DNA of 64,000 bases from an uncultured Verrucomicrobiota bacterium (GCA_964568145.1 CAZMOZ010000016.1:9766-73765); one strand, 5' to 3'; counted from the stretch's first letter, positions 1 through 9,660 are shown. Numbers and translations are program-made. Notes: generated by a model not told the origin, from the sequence alone.

Positions 1-619
1 GTTTTCTTGGTGTCAACACGCACCAGACAGGTTGTCCGGCGCACATCTTTGAGGACGCTGGCCTTCTTCCGCTCGGAGTCCCCTCTCCGGCCTCTGATTC
101 AGCACCTCGCCCACACCCCCACTGCTCCTCCCTTCCGCATTCCTGCGTACTTCAAAGCTACCTTGCCAGTTATTGATTCCTCTTCAGCACGGATATTAAG
201 AACAGTTTTCGTGCCAGAGCCCTCGGGCAGGCTTGGGTGACATTCCAGTCTGTTTGTCTGGAACAAGTTGCAAATCCTGATTGAGGCCGGCAGAACCGCT
301 TCCAGCTCTCGAAATGTGTAAGCGCTGCCGACGTCAGCCACGCCTTGTTACCGCCGGGCCAGGCTTGTTTCGCTGCAAACTATTGGCCGCAAGACGCTAA
401 CGAAAGCCGTGAGAATGATGCTGTTGTGTAAGCTTTGCCGACGGGTGGTTACACTTGGCAGCAAGTCGCGAGTTGGAGCTGGCTTTTCGCGAAATCCGCT
501 GAAGCCCAAATTGATGTGACTGCCAACATTCCGTGTGCAAACTGGCCGGGTGCTCTGAATCGGTTCGTGGTTCATGGAGATCGGTATCACCCTGCCCGGA
601 CAGGCACCACCTCGTGCCC

Positions 620-1774
620 TTACTTGCTGCGGTGTGAAGTGGTTGCACCCGTTCCGGCAAGCGCCTGATGGATCACCGCGTGTCCCAGCGGATTCAGGTG
701 GCCATCGTTCGGGTAAAACAGCCGCGCGCCGTTTTTCGCGAATTCGCTTTGCAGCATTGTCACCAGATCGTGAGCCGCAATGCCGCGTTTGTCGCAAACC
801 GTCAGCACATGCCGGGCGAAGAATCGCTGGTATTGCGCCGAAAGCGACTGGGGTTCCTCGACGCACGACCGACCCGCCAGCACCAGCACCCGCAGATCGG
901 CCTGCGCTTGGGCGCAGGTTTGCTGGAGGCGCGCCAGAATGGCGTCGAACACGTCGTTGGCGCCGCGGAACCGCGCTTCGAACGTAACACCGTAATCCGG
1001 TGTCGGCAGCAGGACGTCGCGCGCCCTCCGCCCCAGCGCAAACCGCCGGGCAACCCGCGCTCCCCAGCCATCCTCAGGCGCCGATTCGCCCAAAACCACC
1101 GTGGCTAGGTCGGGCGGAGGCTGCCTTTCTGTGTTGGGAGCAATCGGCACGGGCACGTTCTTGAGTGCCAGTCCGTTGGTCGTCAGGACGAAGTGCGGTT
1201 TCGCGGCGTTAAGCTGGATCGGCCGGGCAAACTGATTGTCCAGCAAATCATTCCCCACATAAACCGCCAGCCACACCGCGTCCGGACGGACCCGTGGCAG
1301 TTCGTCTTCGAGAAGCAGTGCCTGCTGGTCCGTGCTGAAGCCGGGGATGGACAGATTGAGAAAGGTGTTCGTGCCATCGCGGTTCAGCCGGCTGACGAAT
1401 GTCTCGCCGTCGTTGACGCCCAGACCGAAGGTGAAACTGTCGCCCACCACCGCGATCAGCCGGCCGCAGCGGTTCCTCGGCTGGGCCGGGTCCGCGCGGT
1501 AGCCCGATTCGTTGATCGCGTATCGCACGGCGAAATCGTGATGCCGGTGCGCACCCTGCCAGCCGGGGGTGAGCCGCCAGCCCAGCCGGGGATCGTACCG
1601 AATGAAGCCCGGGTCCAGCCGGTCGCTGCCTTGGATGGCGGCCTGCCTCCAGCGCAGCACCAACTCCGCCACCGCCAGTCCCAACGCGCTCACCAGCAGC
1701 ACGACAATGAGCCGAAAGGCGAGTCGTTTGTTCAAGCTGGCGCAGACTAGGGCACGCACAGCCAGGCTGGCCAA
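620..1774 (-). CDS. SGNH/GDSL-type hydrolase with N-terminal membrane anchor
   Basis: 384-aa ORF. Block I motif VVGDSFTFGLG and block V motif NDGHLNPLGH. Hydrophobic N-terminal segment LIVVLLVSALGLAVAELVL. Confidence 0.7.
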   Translation of the reverse strand: MASLAVRALVCASLNKRLAFRLIVVLLVSALGLAVAELVLRWRQAAIQGSDRLDPGFIRYDPRLGWRLTPGWQGAHRHHDFAVRYAINESGYRADPAQPRNRCGRLIAVVGDSFTFGLGVNDGETFVSRLNRDGTNTFLNLSIPGFSTDQQALLLEDELPRVRPDAVWLAVYVGNDLLDNQFARPIQLNAAKPHFVLTTNGLALKNVPVPIAPNTERQPPPDLATVVLGESAPEDGWGARVARRFALGRRARDVLLPTPDYGVTFEARFRGANDVFDAILARLQQTCAQAQADLRVLVLAGRSCVEEPQSLSAQYQRFFARHVLTVCDKRGIAAHDLVTMLQSEFAKNGARLFYPNDGHLNPLGHAVIHQALAGTGATTSHRSK

Positions 1775-2152
1775 TCCAAAAGCACAGTTGGAGCGTGGAG
1801 CAATCCGGTGTGGCGGAATCGTGACCCAATGCTGTGGAATGGGTGAATGGTTAAATGAGTTGCAAACTCGGGAACCTTCAGCCCCCGGCGAAGCATCCGG
1901 CGTGGCAATTCAAATGGAGTAGAAAGGCAACCCGATTTTCCCCGGCATGCGTCGGCGGCGCGCGCGATTCGCAAAGCCGCTTGCTGCGCCGCCATCACCT
2001 GTCAGCGCTCATGGGTGTTCAACTGCAATTTGCGGAATCAGCGCAAATGCGCGCGACGTGCGCCCCAAGGCGGAACCTTGCTGTGGCTTGACGCCTCAAC
2101 ATTTTGTAGGCACCGTCGCCGGTGGCCACATTTAGCGGTGGTCCGGCCGATT

Positions 2153-2638
2153 ATGCGTTGTCCCAAGTGCGGTTGCCACGATGACAAGGTGATTGATTCC
2201 CGCGCTTCGCGCGAAGGGGCCACCATCCGGCGCCGTCGGGAGTGTCTGGCCTGCGGTCATCGCTTCACCACCTACGAGCAGGTGGAAACCCGGCCGCTGG
2301 TGGTCATCAAACGCGACGGCCGGCGCGAGGCTTTTTCCAAGGACAAACTGCGCAACGGCATCACCCGCGCCTGCGACAAGCGCCCGATCAGCCCCGCCAC
2401 CATCGAGGAGGTGGTCGAGCGCATCAGCGGCGAGTTGCACAGCGAGTTCGACGGTGAGGTGGCGGGCACGCTGATCGGCGAGCGTGTGATGAACGAGTTG
2501 CGGGCGCTCGACCCGGTGGCCTACGTGCGTTTCGCCAGCGTTTACCGGCGGTTCGAGGAAGCCACGGATTTCGTGCAGGCGGTGAAACGTCTGGAGGTGC
2601 CGCATGATACAGCTACGTACCGATTGCCTGGTTTTTGA
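2153..2638 (+). CDS. nrdR: Transcriptional repressor NrdR
   Basis: MRCPKCGCHDDKVIDSRASREGATIRRRRECLACGHRFTTYEQVE is the zinc ribbon, followed by an ATP-cone. I moved the start to ATG 2153, because the ORF-track start at 2015 adds a non-homologous leader. Confidence 0.92.
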   Translation: MRCPKCGCHDDKVIDSRASREGATIRRRRECLACGHRFTTYEQVETRPLVVIKRDGRREAFSKDKLRNGITRACDKRPISPATIEEVVERISGELHSEFDGEVAGTLIGERVMNELRALDPVAYVRFASVYRRFEEATDFVQAVKRLEVPHDTATYRLPGF

Positions 2639-3161
2639 GACGGCCCACGGCCGCATCCCGTGCTCGGCCGAACTGGTGGTGACCGAACTCATCGGCGATG
2701 TCTCCGGCTTGCTGGATCCGGAGCTGCTGCACCACGCGGCGGCCGGCGTGCTGCGGTACTTCCGGGACGACCTCGGCCGCGAATCGGTGACTGTGGAGGA
2801 ATTCACCCGGGCGCTGGTCCGGGTGCTGCGCAGCCTCGGCCTGCAGGTCACGACCGACGAGCCGGCGCCCGCGGAGGCCGTGCTGGCCGCGAACCTGGAC
2901 CTGCAAGACCTGGCTTTGGAGTCGAGCCCCAGTTTCGAGCTAGCCTTCTTCAACCGCCTGCGCCGCGAAGTGCGTCTGCGCCTCGAACTGGCGCCGCGCG
3001 TCCTGCGCCTGCACGGCTTGCGCGGCTGTGTGAAACACCTGGCGGCGGCGCGGCGCTGGTGCCCGCGCTGCCGGCGGCTCTCCGATCAAATCCTGTCCTT
3101 CCTCGGCGAATGCCTTTTGGAGACCGCCCCGGGCGGAAATTGCGCGCTCGTGGTTAGCTGA
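2604..3161 (+). CDS. Hypothetical protein (overlaps the nrdR 3' end)
   Basis: 185-aa ORF with ordinary amino-acid composition, co-directional with and overlapping nrdR. No family recognised. Confidence 0.5.
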   Translation: MIQLRTDCLVFETAHGRIPCSAELVVTELIGDVSGLLDPELLHHAAAGVLRYFRDDLGRESVTVEEFTRALVRVLRSLGLQVTTDEPAPAEAVLAANLDLQDLALESSPSFELAFFNRLRREVRLRLELAPRVLRLHGLRGCVKHLAAARRWCPRCRRLSDQILSFLGECLLETAPGGNCALVVS

Positions 3162-3480
3162 CTCGCTGGGGCGAGACTCCGTCGTACCCTGCCATCAGCC
3201 GGGCACAGATGTCCTCATCCACGGCGGCGCGGGGCGGGTCGCTGGGGCGAAGACCGCAGGCCCGGATGCCCACACCACCATCGCCGACGATGTGCTGACG
3301 CCACCCTGACTGCCCGCGCGGATCCGAAGTGCGCCTTGATGGGAATCCGCTTGGCTTTTTCTGCATCAGCGGCTAATGCATTTCCGTAATGAACTCACCC
3401 GCCGCGATCCGGGCTGAGCGCGCTGTCCGCGAAAAGCTCGCGCCTGTCGCGGTGCAACCTTCCTCATCGCGGAATCTCCC

Positions 3481-5097
3481 ATGAATCCAAACCCGTCCCT
3501 CGCTTCCGTTTCGTGCCCGTGCTGCGCCTCGGTGTCCCGCGCCCGCCAGCAACCGGCCTTGCTTGGTCATGCCGCCGCCGAACCCGCGCCGCTGGATTTC
3601 GCGCTGAACCGCCGGCGCTTCGTGGGCGGTCTGGGCGCGCTCTTGGTCACGCTGCCGTCGCTTTCCGCCGCAGAGGCCAGGGCCTGCTGTTCCGTGAAAG
3701 AACGCGCCCCGCTCCGCCGCAAGCCGCTGCGCGTCCAGCCCGTGCTCACGTATGAAACGCCGCAACGCCGCGAGGCCACCAGTTGGCGCAACTGGGGCGG
3801 CATCCAGACCGACGAGGCGGCCCGGCAGGAGCAGGCCCGCATCACCGGGGAGTTGAAGAAGCTGGCGGCGCAGGCGGAGTTCCCGCTCGAAATCCGGCCG
3901 GTGCTGGCGGTGAAAACGGTCGAGCAGGCCGCGAACATCGCCCAGGGCGACTACGACGTGATGCTCATGTACGCCGCGGGCGGCTGGCTGAACATCCTCG
4001 AGACGCTCACGCGCAAGGACCGCTTCAACCTGATGTTCCTGCGCCACCTGCCCGGCCCGGCGTACCTGTGGTACGAGATCGTGCATCCGCGCTTTCTGCG
4101 CAAAACCGTGGACGAGTACGGCCAGCCCGGCATGGACGTGAACGACGTCATCACGGACAGCTACGACGAGATGCTGTGGAAGCTGCGCGCGTTGCACGGG
4201 CTCAACAGCACGCACGGCAAGCGCGTCGTGTGCATTGGCGGCGCGGCGGGCTGGGGCGAGGGCGGCCGGAAGGCGCCGCGCATCTCGCGCGACCTGTGGA
4301 AGCTCGACCTGGTGGATTACTCCTACAAGGACCTCGAGCCCCGGCTGACCGCGGCGTACAAGGACAGCGCGCTGGTGGCCGCTTGCGAGCAGGCCGCGAA
4401 GGCGTACCTCGGCAAGGCCGGTGTGAAACTCGAGACCACCCGCCAGTTCGTCGCTAACGCCTTTGTCCTGCGCGAGGTCTTCCTCGACGTGATGGAACAG
4501 CACCAGACCGACGCCCTCACGGTGAACCACTGCATGGGCACGATCATGGGCATGTCCAGGACCACCGCCTGCCTGACGCTCAGCCTGCTCAACGACGACG
4601 GCTACCTGCTGTTCTGCGAATCCGATTTCGTGGTGATCCCCTCCGGCATCCTGCTCCATTACATCTCCGGCAAGCCGGTGTTCCTGAACGACCCGACCAC
4701 GCCGCACGACGGCATCGTGACGCTCGCCCATTGCACCGCGCCACGCCGCATGGACGGCCGGCGGCTCGAAAAGGCGCGCATCCTGACGCATTTCGAGTCC
4801 GACTACGGCGCCGCGCCGAAGGTCGAGATGAAGCTGGGCCAGATCACGACCAACCTCGTGCCCGATTTCAACTGCCAGAAATGGGTCGGCTTTGCCGCGA
4901 CGATCGTCGGCAACCCGTTCCTCGAAATCTGCCGCTCCCAGATTGACGTGAAGGTCCACGGCAACTGCCAGAAGCTCCTCGAAGAGATGAAGGGCTTCCA
5001 TTGGATGCTCAGCTACGGCGACTACCTGAAGGAATGCGGCTACGCGCTGCGCAAGCTGGGCGTGGACATGCTCAACGTCAGCGCCCGCAGCGCCTGA
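3481..5097 (+). CDS. Tat-signal protein, possibly L-fucose/arabinose-isomerase-like
   Basis: 538-aa ORF. Twin-arginine motif NRRRFVGGLGALLV. The segment LFCESDFVVIPSGILLHYISGKPVFLNDP resembles the CE-D catalytic region of FucI/AraA-type isomerases; this is a weak match by eye. Confidence 0.6.
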   Translation: MNPNPSLASVSCPCCASVSRARQQPALLGHAAAEPAPLDFALNRRRFVGGLGALLVTLPSLSAAEARACCSVKERAPLRRKPLRVQPVLTYETPQRREATSWRNWGGIQTDEAARQEQARITGELKKLAAQAEFPLEIRPVLAVKTVEQAANIAQGDYDVMLMYAAGGWLNILETLTRKDRFNLMFLRHLPGPAYLWYEIVHPRFLRKTVDEYGQPGMDVNDVITDSYDEMLWKLRALHGLNSTHGKRVVCIGGAAGWGEGGRKAPRISRDLWKLDLVDYSYKDLEPRLTAAYKDSALVAACEQAAKAYLGKAGVKLETTRQFVANAFVLREVFLDVMEQHQTDALTVNHCMGTIMGMSRTTACLTLSLLNDDGYLLFCESDFVVIPSGILLHYISGKPVFLNDPTTPHDGIVTLAHCTAPRRMDGRRLEKARILTHFESDYGAAPKVEMKLGQITTNLVPDFNCQKWVGFAATIVGNPFLEICRSQIDVKVHGNCQKLLEEMKGFHWMLSYGDYLKECGYALRKLGVDMLNVSARSA

Positions 5098-5111
5098 GCC
5101 GGGCATTCAGT

Positions 5112-5264
5112 TCAACCGCGAATGGACCCGAACCCACACGAATAAAACCAGAAGCCGAAGTTGGCCGTAGCGCAGCGCATTCCGCCTGCCCAACTTCGGC
5201 TTTCGGGATAACGGATGGCTTGGTCCCGCGAATTCGTGTCCCCTGGTGTTCATTCGTGGTTCCC
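5112..5264. repeat. Composite palindromic element: inverted flank module / REP-like hairpin / flank module
   Basis: Central hairpin with arms AGCCGAAGTTGG and CCAACTTCGGCT (5148-5207). It is flanked by an imperfect inverted pair, AACCGCGAATGGACCCGAACCCACACGAAT (5114-5143) and ATTCGTGTCCCCTGGTGTTCATTCGTGGTT (5232-5261). It fills the convergent gap between two genes. Confidence 0.75.
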
Positions 5265-5283
5265 AGCCCGGTCTGCCCGAGCC

Positions 5284-6489
5284 TCACAGCCGGTACTGCG
5301 GAACCTTGAGCCACGCGCCGCCTTGCAGCGCGGACTGGTGGGCCACAATGCCCGCCACGGTCATGTTCAATGCCAGCGCCACGTCCACCAGCGGCCTTCG
5401 CTTTTGCAGCACGGCGGTGACAAATTCGTTCATCAGGTGGCCGTGCGAGCCGCCGTGGCCGCCGGCCTCCACGCCTGGTGGCAACGGCGGGCGTTTCGTG
5501 TCCGGCAGCTTCCTTTCGAGGCCTTCGTAACGGCCGTGAAAGGTCCCCCGCTGGCCGCGCACCCGCCCGCGTTCGCCTTCGTCGCCAGGCGTGTCCCAGC
5601 TCACGGCCATGCGGGACATGCCGCCTTCGCTGGCGCGGAACAGCGCGATCTCCGTGCCGAACGGATTGCGATACCGGTTGTTCGCCGGCTGCAGGTGCTG
5701 AATCCGGCTGGGCATGCCCAGGCACGACACCTCCGTGAAGCTGCCGCCGGTCACGCCCAGGTGGTACGCGTTCGAGTGCGTCGGGTACCACTGCGGCGGC
5801 AGGCCCACGCGCCAGTCCTTGAACGACGGGATGGGCTGTTCCATGTAATGGTAGTACTCGCCCTCCGAATAAAGGACCTCGCCCAAACCGCCCGCGCGGT
5901 AGATTTCGCGCATGGCGTGGAGGTCGGCGTGGTAGCAGGAAGTCTCGAACAGCATGTACGTCAGGCCGGATTTCCTGACCGCCTCGAAAAGCTGGTCCGC
6001 CTCCTCCAGCGACCCGAACACCGCCGGCACCGCGCTGGCGACGTGCTTGCCGTGCTTGAGCACTTCCAGGCAGTGCCGCGCGTGACTCGGCGCATCCGTG
6101 GCCACGAACACCGCCTCGATGCGGTCGTCTTTCACCAGTTCCTCGAGCGACGGATACGTCTTGTCGCAGCGACACGCCCTGGCCAGACCCGCGCAACGCG
6201 CCGGGAGGAGGTCGCTCACGGCCACAATCTCGACGTTCGGGTGGTCCTGGAAGCTGAACGCCGCTCCAAACTGGCACACGCCGTAGCCCACGATGCCGAC
6301 GCGCAGGCGCCGGTCCGAAACCGGTTTCCACTCCCGCGATGCCTCGGGATTGGCGGGCGCCTTTTCGAAGCCGGCGATCGGAATTTCCTGGGCGCGGGAC
6401 GACACCGCGGCGGCGGCGCCCGCTCCAACGGTTTTCAGAAACGCGCGACGCGTGCTGGCATGCGGCGTGGGAACAGCGGGAGATTTCAT
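5284..6489 (-). CDS. Gfo/Idh/MocA family oxidoreductase with Tat signal
   Basis: TRRAFLKTVGAGAAAA Tat leader, LRVGIVGYGVCQFG Rossmann start, and EIVAVSDL...IEAVFVATDAPSHARH, which is typical of the family. Confidence 0.85.
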   Translation of the reverse strand: MKSPAVPTPHASTRRAFLKTVGAGAAAAVSSRAQEIPIAGFEKAPANPEASREWKPVSDRRLRVGIVGYGVCQFGAAFSFQDHPNVEIVAVSDLLPARCAGLARACRCDKTYPSLEELVKDDRIEAVFVATDAPSHARHCLEVLKHGKHVASAVPAVFGSLEEADQLFEAVRKSGLTYMLFETSCYHADLHAMREIYRAGGLGEVLYSEGEYYHYMEQPIPSFKDWRVGLPPQWYPTHSNAYHLGVTGGSFTEVSCLGMPSRIQHLQPANNRYRNPFGTEIALFRASEGGMSRMAVSWDTPGDEGERGRVRGQRGTFHGRYEGLERKLPDTKRPPLPPGVEAGGHGGSHGHLMNEFVTAVLQKRRPLVDVALALNMTVAGIVAHQSALQGGAWLKVPQYRL

Positions 6490-6752
6490 GCCGGCGTGTT
6501 AACGCGACGTCCGGCTTTTGTCACGCGCTGACACGGGCGCCTCTCGCAGCGGCAGCCCTCTTCGACTGCCTCAAAGGCCGGCATCCTGCCGTGCCAAGCT
6601 GGGTAGCCGGCCCCTCGCTGAGGGTCGGGAACCGTCGCCTCTCAGCGAGAGGCGCCCCACCGCTTGACCCTGTCTCGGCGTTTCGCACGGTATCCTGCGG
6701 TTGTTCGCAGAACTTGCTTTCCACCCGCCCTCGGTCTTTTCACCATGCCGGC

Positions 6753-8159
6753 ATGACCGCTTTCCGCCTGCTTGCCGGCTTGAGACTGCTCGCCGCCGCG
6801 GGGCTTTGCGCCGGGTCGGCGGCGGCCGCCTCGCCGCCCACCGCCGAATCGCGCTTCCGCGTGGATCTGCCGCCGGCACCGTTCGCCACCGCGCTGCTCA
6901 CCAACTCGCCCTTCGGCATCAACACCGCCCTCGAACCCGGCCAGCCCGATCTCGAAAACCATCTGCAGGCGATGCAGGACCTCGGCATCAAATGGGGCCG
7001 GCAGGACTTCACCTGGCGTAGCATCGAGCGCGCGCCCGGCCGATACCAGTGGCAGGCTTACGACGCCTTGGTGGACAAGCTCCGCGCGCACGGCATCCAG
7101 GTGCTCGGCTGCCTGGCCTACGCGCCGTCCTTTCACAACCCGGCCACCATCGCCGGTGCCGACGCCTACGCGAAATTCGCCGAAGCTGCGGCGCGTCGCT
7201 ACGCCGGGCGGGTGGACCACTGGCAGATCTGGAACGAGCCCAACGGCGGCTTCTGGAAAGGCAGTCCCGAAGATTACGCGCGGCTGCTCGCCGCAGCCGG
7301 ACCGGCCATCCGTTCGGCCAACCGCCAGGCCCGGGTGGTGGCCTTGAACATGGCCTTTTGCGACGTGCTCTGGGCCGGGCGCGTGCTCCGGCAGGTGCCG
7401 GCCGGCGCCTATGACATCGTGGCCTTCCATCCGTACCGCCCGCCGAACGCGCCGGAGGACAAGTTCGACTGGTGGACGCTCGACCAGTACGTCAAAAGCT
7501 GGCACGCGGGCGACCTGCCCACCAATTACGCGCTGGTGAACATGACCTTCCTCGAACAAACCGGTGAACTGGTCCGCCTGCTCCGCCAGCTCGGCGCGCC
7601 CAAGCCGCTGTGGGTCACGGAAATCTGCTGGAACTCGCACATCCACCCGTACGGCACCAGCGAGCTGCGCCAGGCGGACCTGGCCGTGCGCTTCCACGTC
7701 CTCGCCCTCGCCTCGCGGGAGATCGAAAAGGTGTTCTGGTGGACGCTCCGCGACCAGGGCGTGCGGCAGTTCGACCAGGCGGACATGGTGGGCCTGGCGC
7801 GCTTCGATCTTTCGCCCAAGTATGCCTTCGCGGCCTACGCCTGGATGACCCGCCAGCTCGAGGGCAAGCGCTGGGTGCGCAACGACGCCTTCGGCCCGGA
7901 GGTCTTCGCGGTGGCCTTCAACGACGAGGCCCGGAAGGAAGACGTGCTCGTCGCCTGGGCCAATCAGCCCGTGGCCTACATCCGCGTGAACACACCGGAG
8001 GCCGGGCTGACGTTTTACGACGTCTTCGGCGCGCGGCGCTTCGTGGAGCACGATCCCATTCGCACCGGCAGCCTCACCGTGCCAGTGGGCGAAAGTCCGA
8101 TTTACATCGTCGGACCGCAAGGCCTGAAGGCCGCCGTGAAGCCCGCCCCGGGCTGGTGA
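6753..8159 (+). CDS. Secreted glycoside hydrolase, clan GH-A (GH5/GH39-like)
   Basis: Signal peptide MTAFRLLAGLRLLAAAGLCAGSAAAA. Acid/base motif HWQIWNEPN and nucleophile motif LWVTEICW. Start set to in-frame ATG 6753. Confidence 0.75.
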   Translation: MTAFRLLAGLRLLAAAGLCAGSAAAASPPTAESRFRVDLPPAPFATALLTNSPFGINTALEPGQPDLENHLQAMQDLGIKWGRQDFTWRSIERAPGRYQWQAYDALVDKLRAHGIQVLGCLAYAPSFHNPATIAGADAYAKFAEAAARRYAGRVDHWQIWNEPNGGFWKGSPEDYARLLAAAGPAIRSANRQARVVALNMAFCDVLWAGRVLRQVPAGAYDIVAFHPYRPPNAPEDKFDWWTLDQYVKSWHAGDLPTNYALVNMTFLEQTGELVRLLRQLGAPKPLWVTEICWNSHIHPYGTSELRQADLAVRFHVLALASREIEKVFWWTLRDQGVRQFDQADMVGLARFDLSPKYAFAAYAWMTRQLEGKRWVRNDAFGPEVFAVAFNDEARKEDVLVAWANQPVAYIRVNTPEAGLTFYDVFGARRFVEHDPIRTGSLTVPVGESPIYIVGPQGLKAAVKPAPGW

Positions 8160-8203
8160 GGCGTGCCCGGACCGCGACGGCCGGCCGTTGTTCCTCACCA
8201 AAC

Positions 8204-8242
8204 GGGAACCAAGAAGGAACACCAAGGAACACGAATTCGTGG
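8204..8242. repeat. Flank-module repeat (reverse orientation) containing the palindrome CACGAATTCGTG
   Basis: The reverse complement CCACGAATTCGTGTTCCTTGGTGTTCCTTCTTGGTTCCC aligns with CGCGAATTCGTGTCCCCTGGTGTTCATTCGTGGTTCCC at 5227-5264. Confidence 0.7.
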
Positions 8243-8499
8243 AGTCAGTCCCCGGGCAGTCGGCGCGCGGAGCCCGCCAGCCGGTGGGCGCGTCCAGCGC
8301 CTGGCATCGTCAGCAGAGGCCAACTGCCTGCACTAGTCCGAGCAGCCCTGGTTGCTCCACGACGTCCGTGCGACAAGGCGACTAGGAAGAACGCGACCGC
8401 CAGCACAGTCAGCACGGCCTCGCACGTCAACTGGCGCATATTCAAGTTTGCCAGATTCTGCGAGCGAAGTGTAAGGTGTTTCTGGAGCTGGAGCCGGTT

Positions 8500-9186
8500 A
8501 TGACGACGACGTTATTCGAGACAGGCATCTACACGATTCGGGACGCCTCGCGGCTGACAGGCGTGTCATCGTGGCGCATTCGCCGCTGGTTGCGCGGTTA
8601 CGAGTTCCCAACCAAGCAGGGCCGTCACCGGTCGGAGCCAATCTGGCAGGGCCAGCTCGAACCAATTGACCACAGCCTGGCGGTGGGCTTTTTGGACCTC
8701 ATGGAGATTCGCTGCGTGGACGCATTCCTGCGCGCCGGTGTCGGTTGGAAGACCCTTCGCTTGGCCCACCAGCACGCGCAACAGGCGCTGGGACTTTCCC
8801 ATCCGTTCTGCACGAACCAGTTCAAGGTGGCGGGACGCAACATCTTCCTGGAAATCCCTCAGGAAGAAGCCGAGCCGATTCTGTGGGATATCGCGCGGGA
8901 CCAGCGCGAATTCAACCGGATCACACGGCCGTTCCTGAAGGACTTGGAATTCTCGGCTGGCGACCTGCCCCAGCGCTGGTGGCCGAGGGGCAAAAACCAC
9001 GGCGTGGCGCTCGATCCTCGGCGGAGTTTTGGCCAGCCGATCATCTTCCGCGACGGAGTTCCCACCGGCATCCTGGCGCGGAGTGTCCGGGCGAATGGTT
9101 CCATTCGGAAAGTGGCGCACTGGTTCGAAATCAGCCCGGCTTCCGTCCGCGAAGCGGTTGAGTTCGAGCAGTCGCTCGCCGCGTGA
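8500..9186 (+). CDS. Antitoxin-like protein: N-terminal HTH plus C-terminal DUF433 (VapB45-like)
   Basis: The N-terminus YTIRDASRLTGVSSWRIRRWLRGY looks like a MerR-type HTH. The C-terminus GQPIIFRDGVPTGILARSVRANGSIRKVAHWFEISPASVREAVEF fits the DUF433 pattern. GGAG lies upstream of ATG 8500. Confidence 0.7.
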   Translation: MTTTLFETGIYTIRDASRLTGVSSWRIRRWLRGYEFPTKQGRHRSEPIWQGQLEPIDHSLAVGFLDLMEIRCVDAFLRAGVGWKTLRLAHQHAQQALGLSHPFCTNQFKVAGRNIFLEIPQEEAEPILWDIARDQREFNRITRPFLKDLEFSAGDLPQRWWPRGKNHGVALDPRRSFGQPIIFRDGVPTGILARSVRANGSIRKVAHWFEISPASVREAVEFEQSLAA

Positions 9187-9575
9187 GGTTCTTCTTCGAC
9201 AACAACCTGGCACCCAAACTGGCCCACGGCTTGGACCAGATGGTCGTACCGGACCACCGCGTCATTCATCTCAAGGACAATTTCCCCGGCAACGTCAAAG
9301 ACCTCGTCTGGATGCGGGCGCTGGCCAAGGAGCAAGACTGGGTCATCGTCACCGCTGATGTCCGCATCAGCCGCAATCCACACGAGGTGAAGGCGTGGCG
9401 GGAGGCCGGGCACACGATCTTCTTTCTCAAACCGGGTTGGACGGACCTTACGTTCTGGGAACAGGCGAACAAGTTCACGAAGTGTTTCCCCGCGCTGCTC
9501 GAAGAGGCCGAGCGAGCCGAACGCGGGTCGGCGTTCATTGTGTCGGTCAATGGGAAGGTTGAGCCGTTGCGGTGA
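9183..9575 (+). CDS. PIN-like toxin domain protein (DUF5615/VapC45-like)
   Basis: MRFFFDNNLAPKLAHGL...WVIVTADVRISRNPHE. GTG start with a GTGA overlap on the upstream stop. The pairing with a DUF433 partner is the usual arrangement. Confidence 0.7.
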   Translation: MRFFFDNNLAPKLAHGLDQMVVPDHRVIHLKDNFPGNVKDLVWMRALAKEQDWVIVTADVRISRNPHEVKAWREAGHTIFFLKPGWTDLTFWEQANKFTKCFPALLEEAERAERGSAFIVSVNGKVEPLR

Positions 9576-9597
9576 GGGCGGCAACACACCAGCGTTA

Positions 9598-9660
9598 AAC
9601 CCGAAAACCGAAATTGGGCAGGCGGGACGCACTGCGCTATGGCCGACTTCGGTTATCGGG
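9598..9660. repeat. REP-like hairpin, subfamily a (reverse orientation)
   Basis: CCGAAAACCGAAATTGGG...CCGACTTCGGTTATCGGG. The reverse complement of the loop, CCATAGCGCAGTGCGTCCCGCCTGCC, matches the loop at 5165-5190, CCGTAGCGCAGCGCATTCCGCCTGCC. Confidence 0.75.

Noticed and set aside
3154-3366. 70-aa minus-strand ORF in the 320-bp gap before the Tat-signal gene
   Set aside because: Arg/Gly/Pro-rich, with no start context and no recognisable family. Most likely non-coding.
3373-5106. 577-aa minus-strand ORF
   Set aside because: It is antisense shadow of the 538-aa plus-strand gene. Its composition is dominated by Arg/Ala/Gly/His/Val, which is typical of an open antisense frame in GC-rich DNA. 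No motif recognised.
6339-6752. N-terminal 138-residue extension of the glycoside hydrolase ORF
   Set aside because: The extension is Arg/Pro-rich and overlaps the divergent oxidoreductase start region. A canonical signal peptide begins at the internal ATG 6753.
8245-8445. 66-aa minus-strand ORF with one hydrophobic segment (AVLTVLAVAFFLVAL) beside the TA pair
   Set aside because: It could be a small membrane protein, but the C-terminal half is Arg/Ala/Gly-rich and I see no supporting signal. It is left uncalled and mentioned only as possible cargo of the cassette.
9115-9135. tRNA-like GGTTCGAAAT motif
   Set aside because: It lies inside the DUF433 coding frame (..HWFEIS..). No acceptor or anticodon arms can be drawn around it. 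No tRNA found elsewhere in the window.
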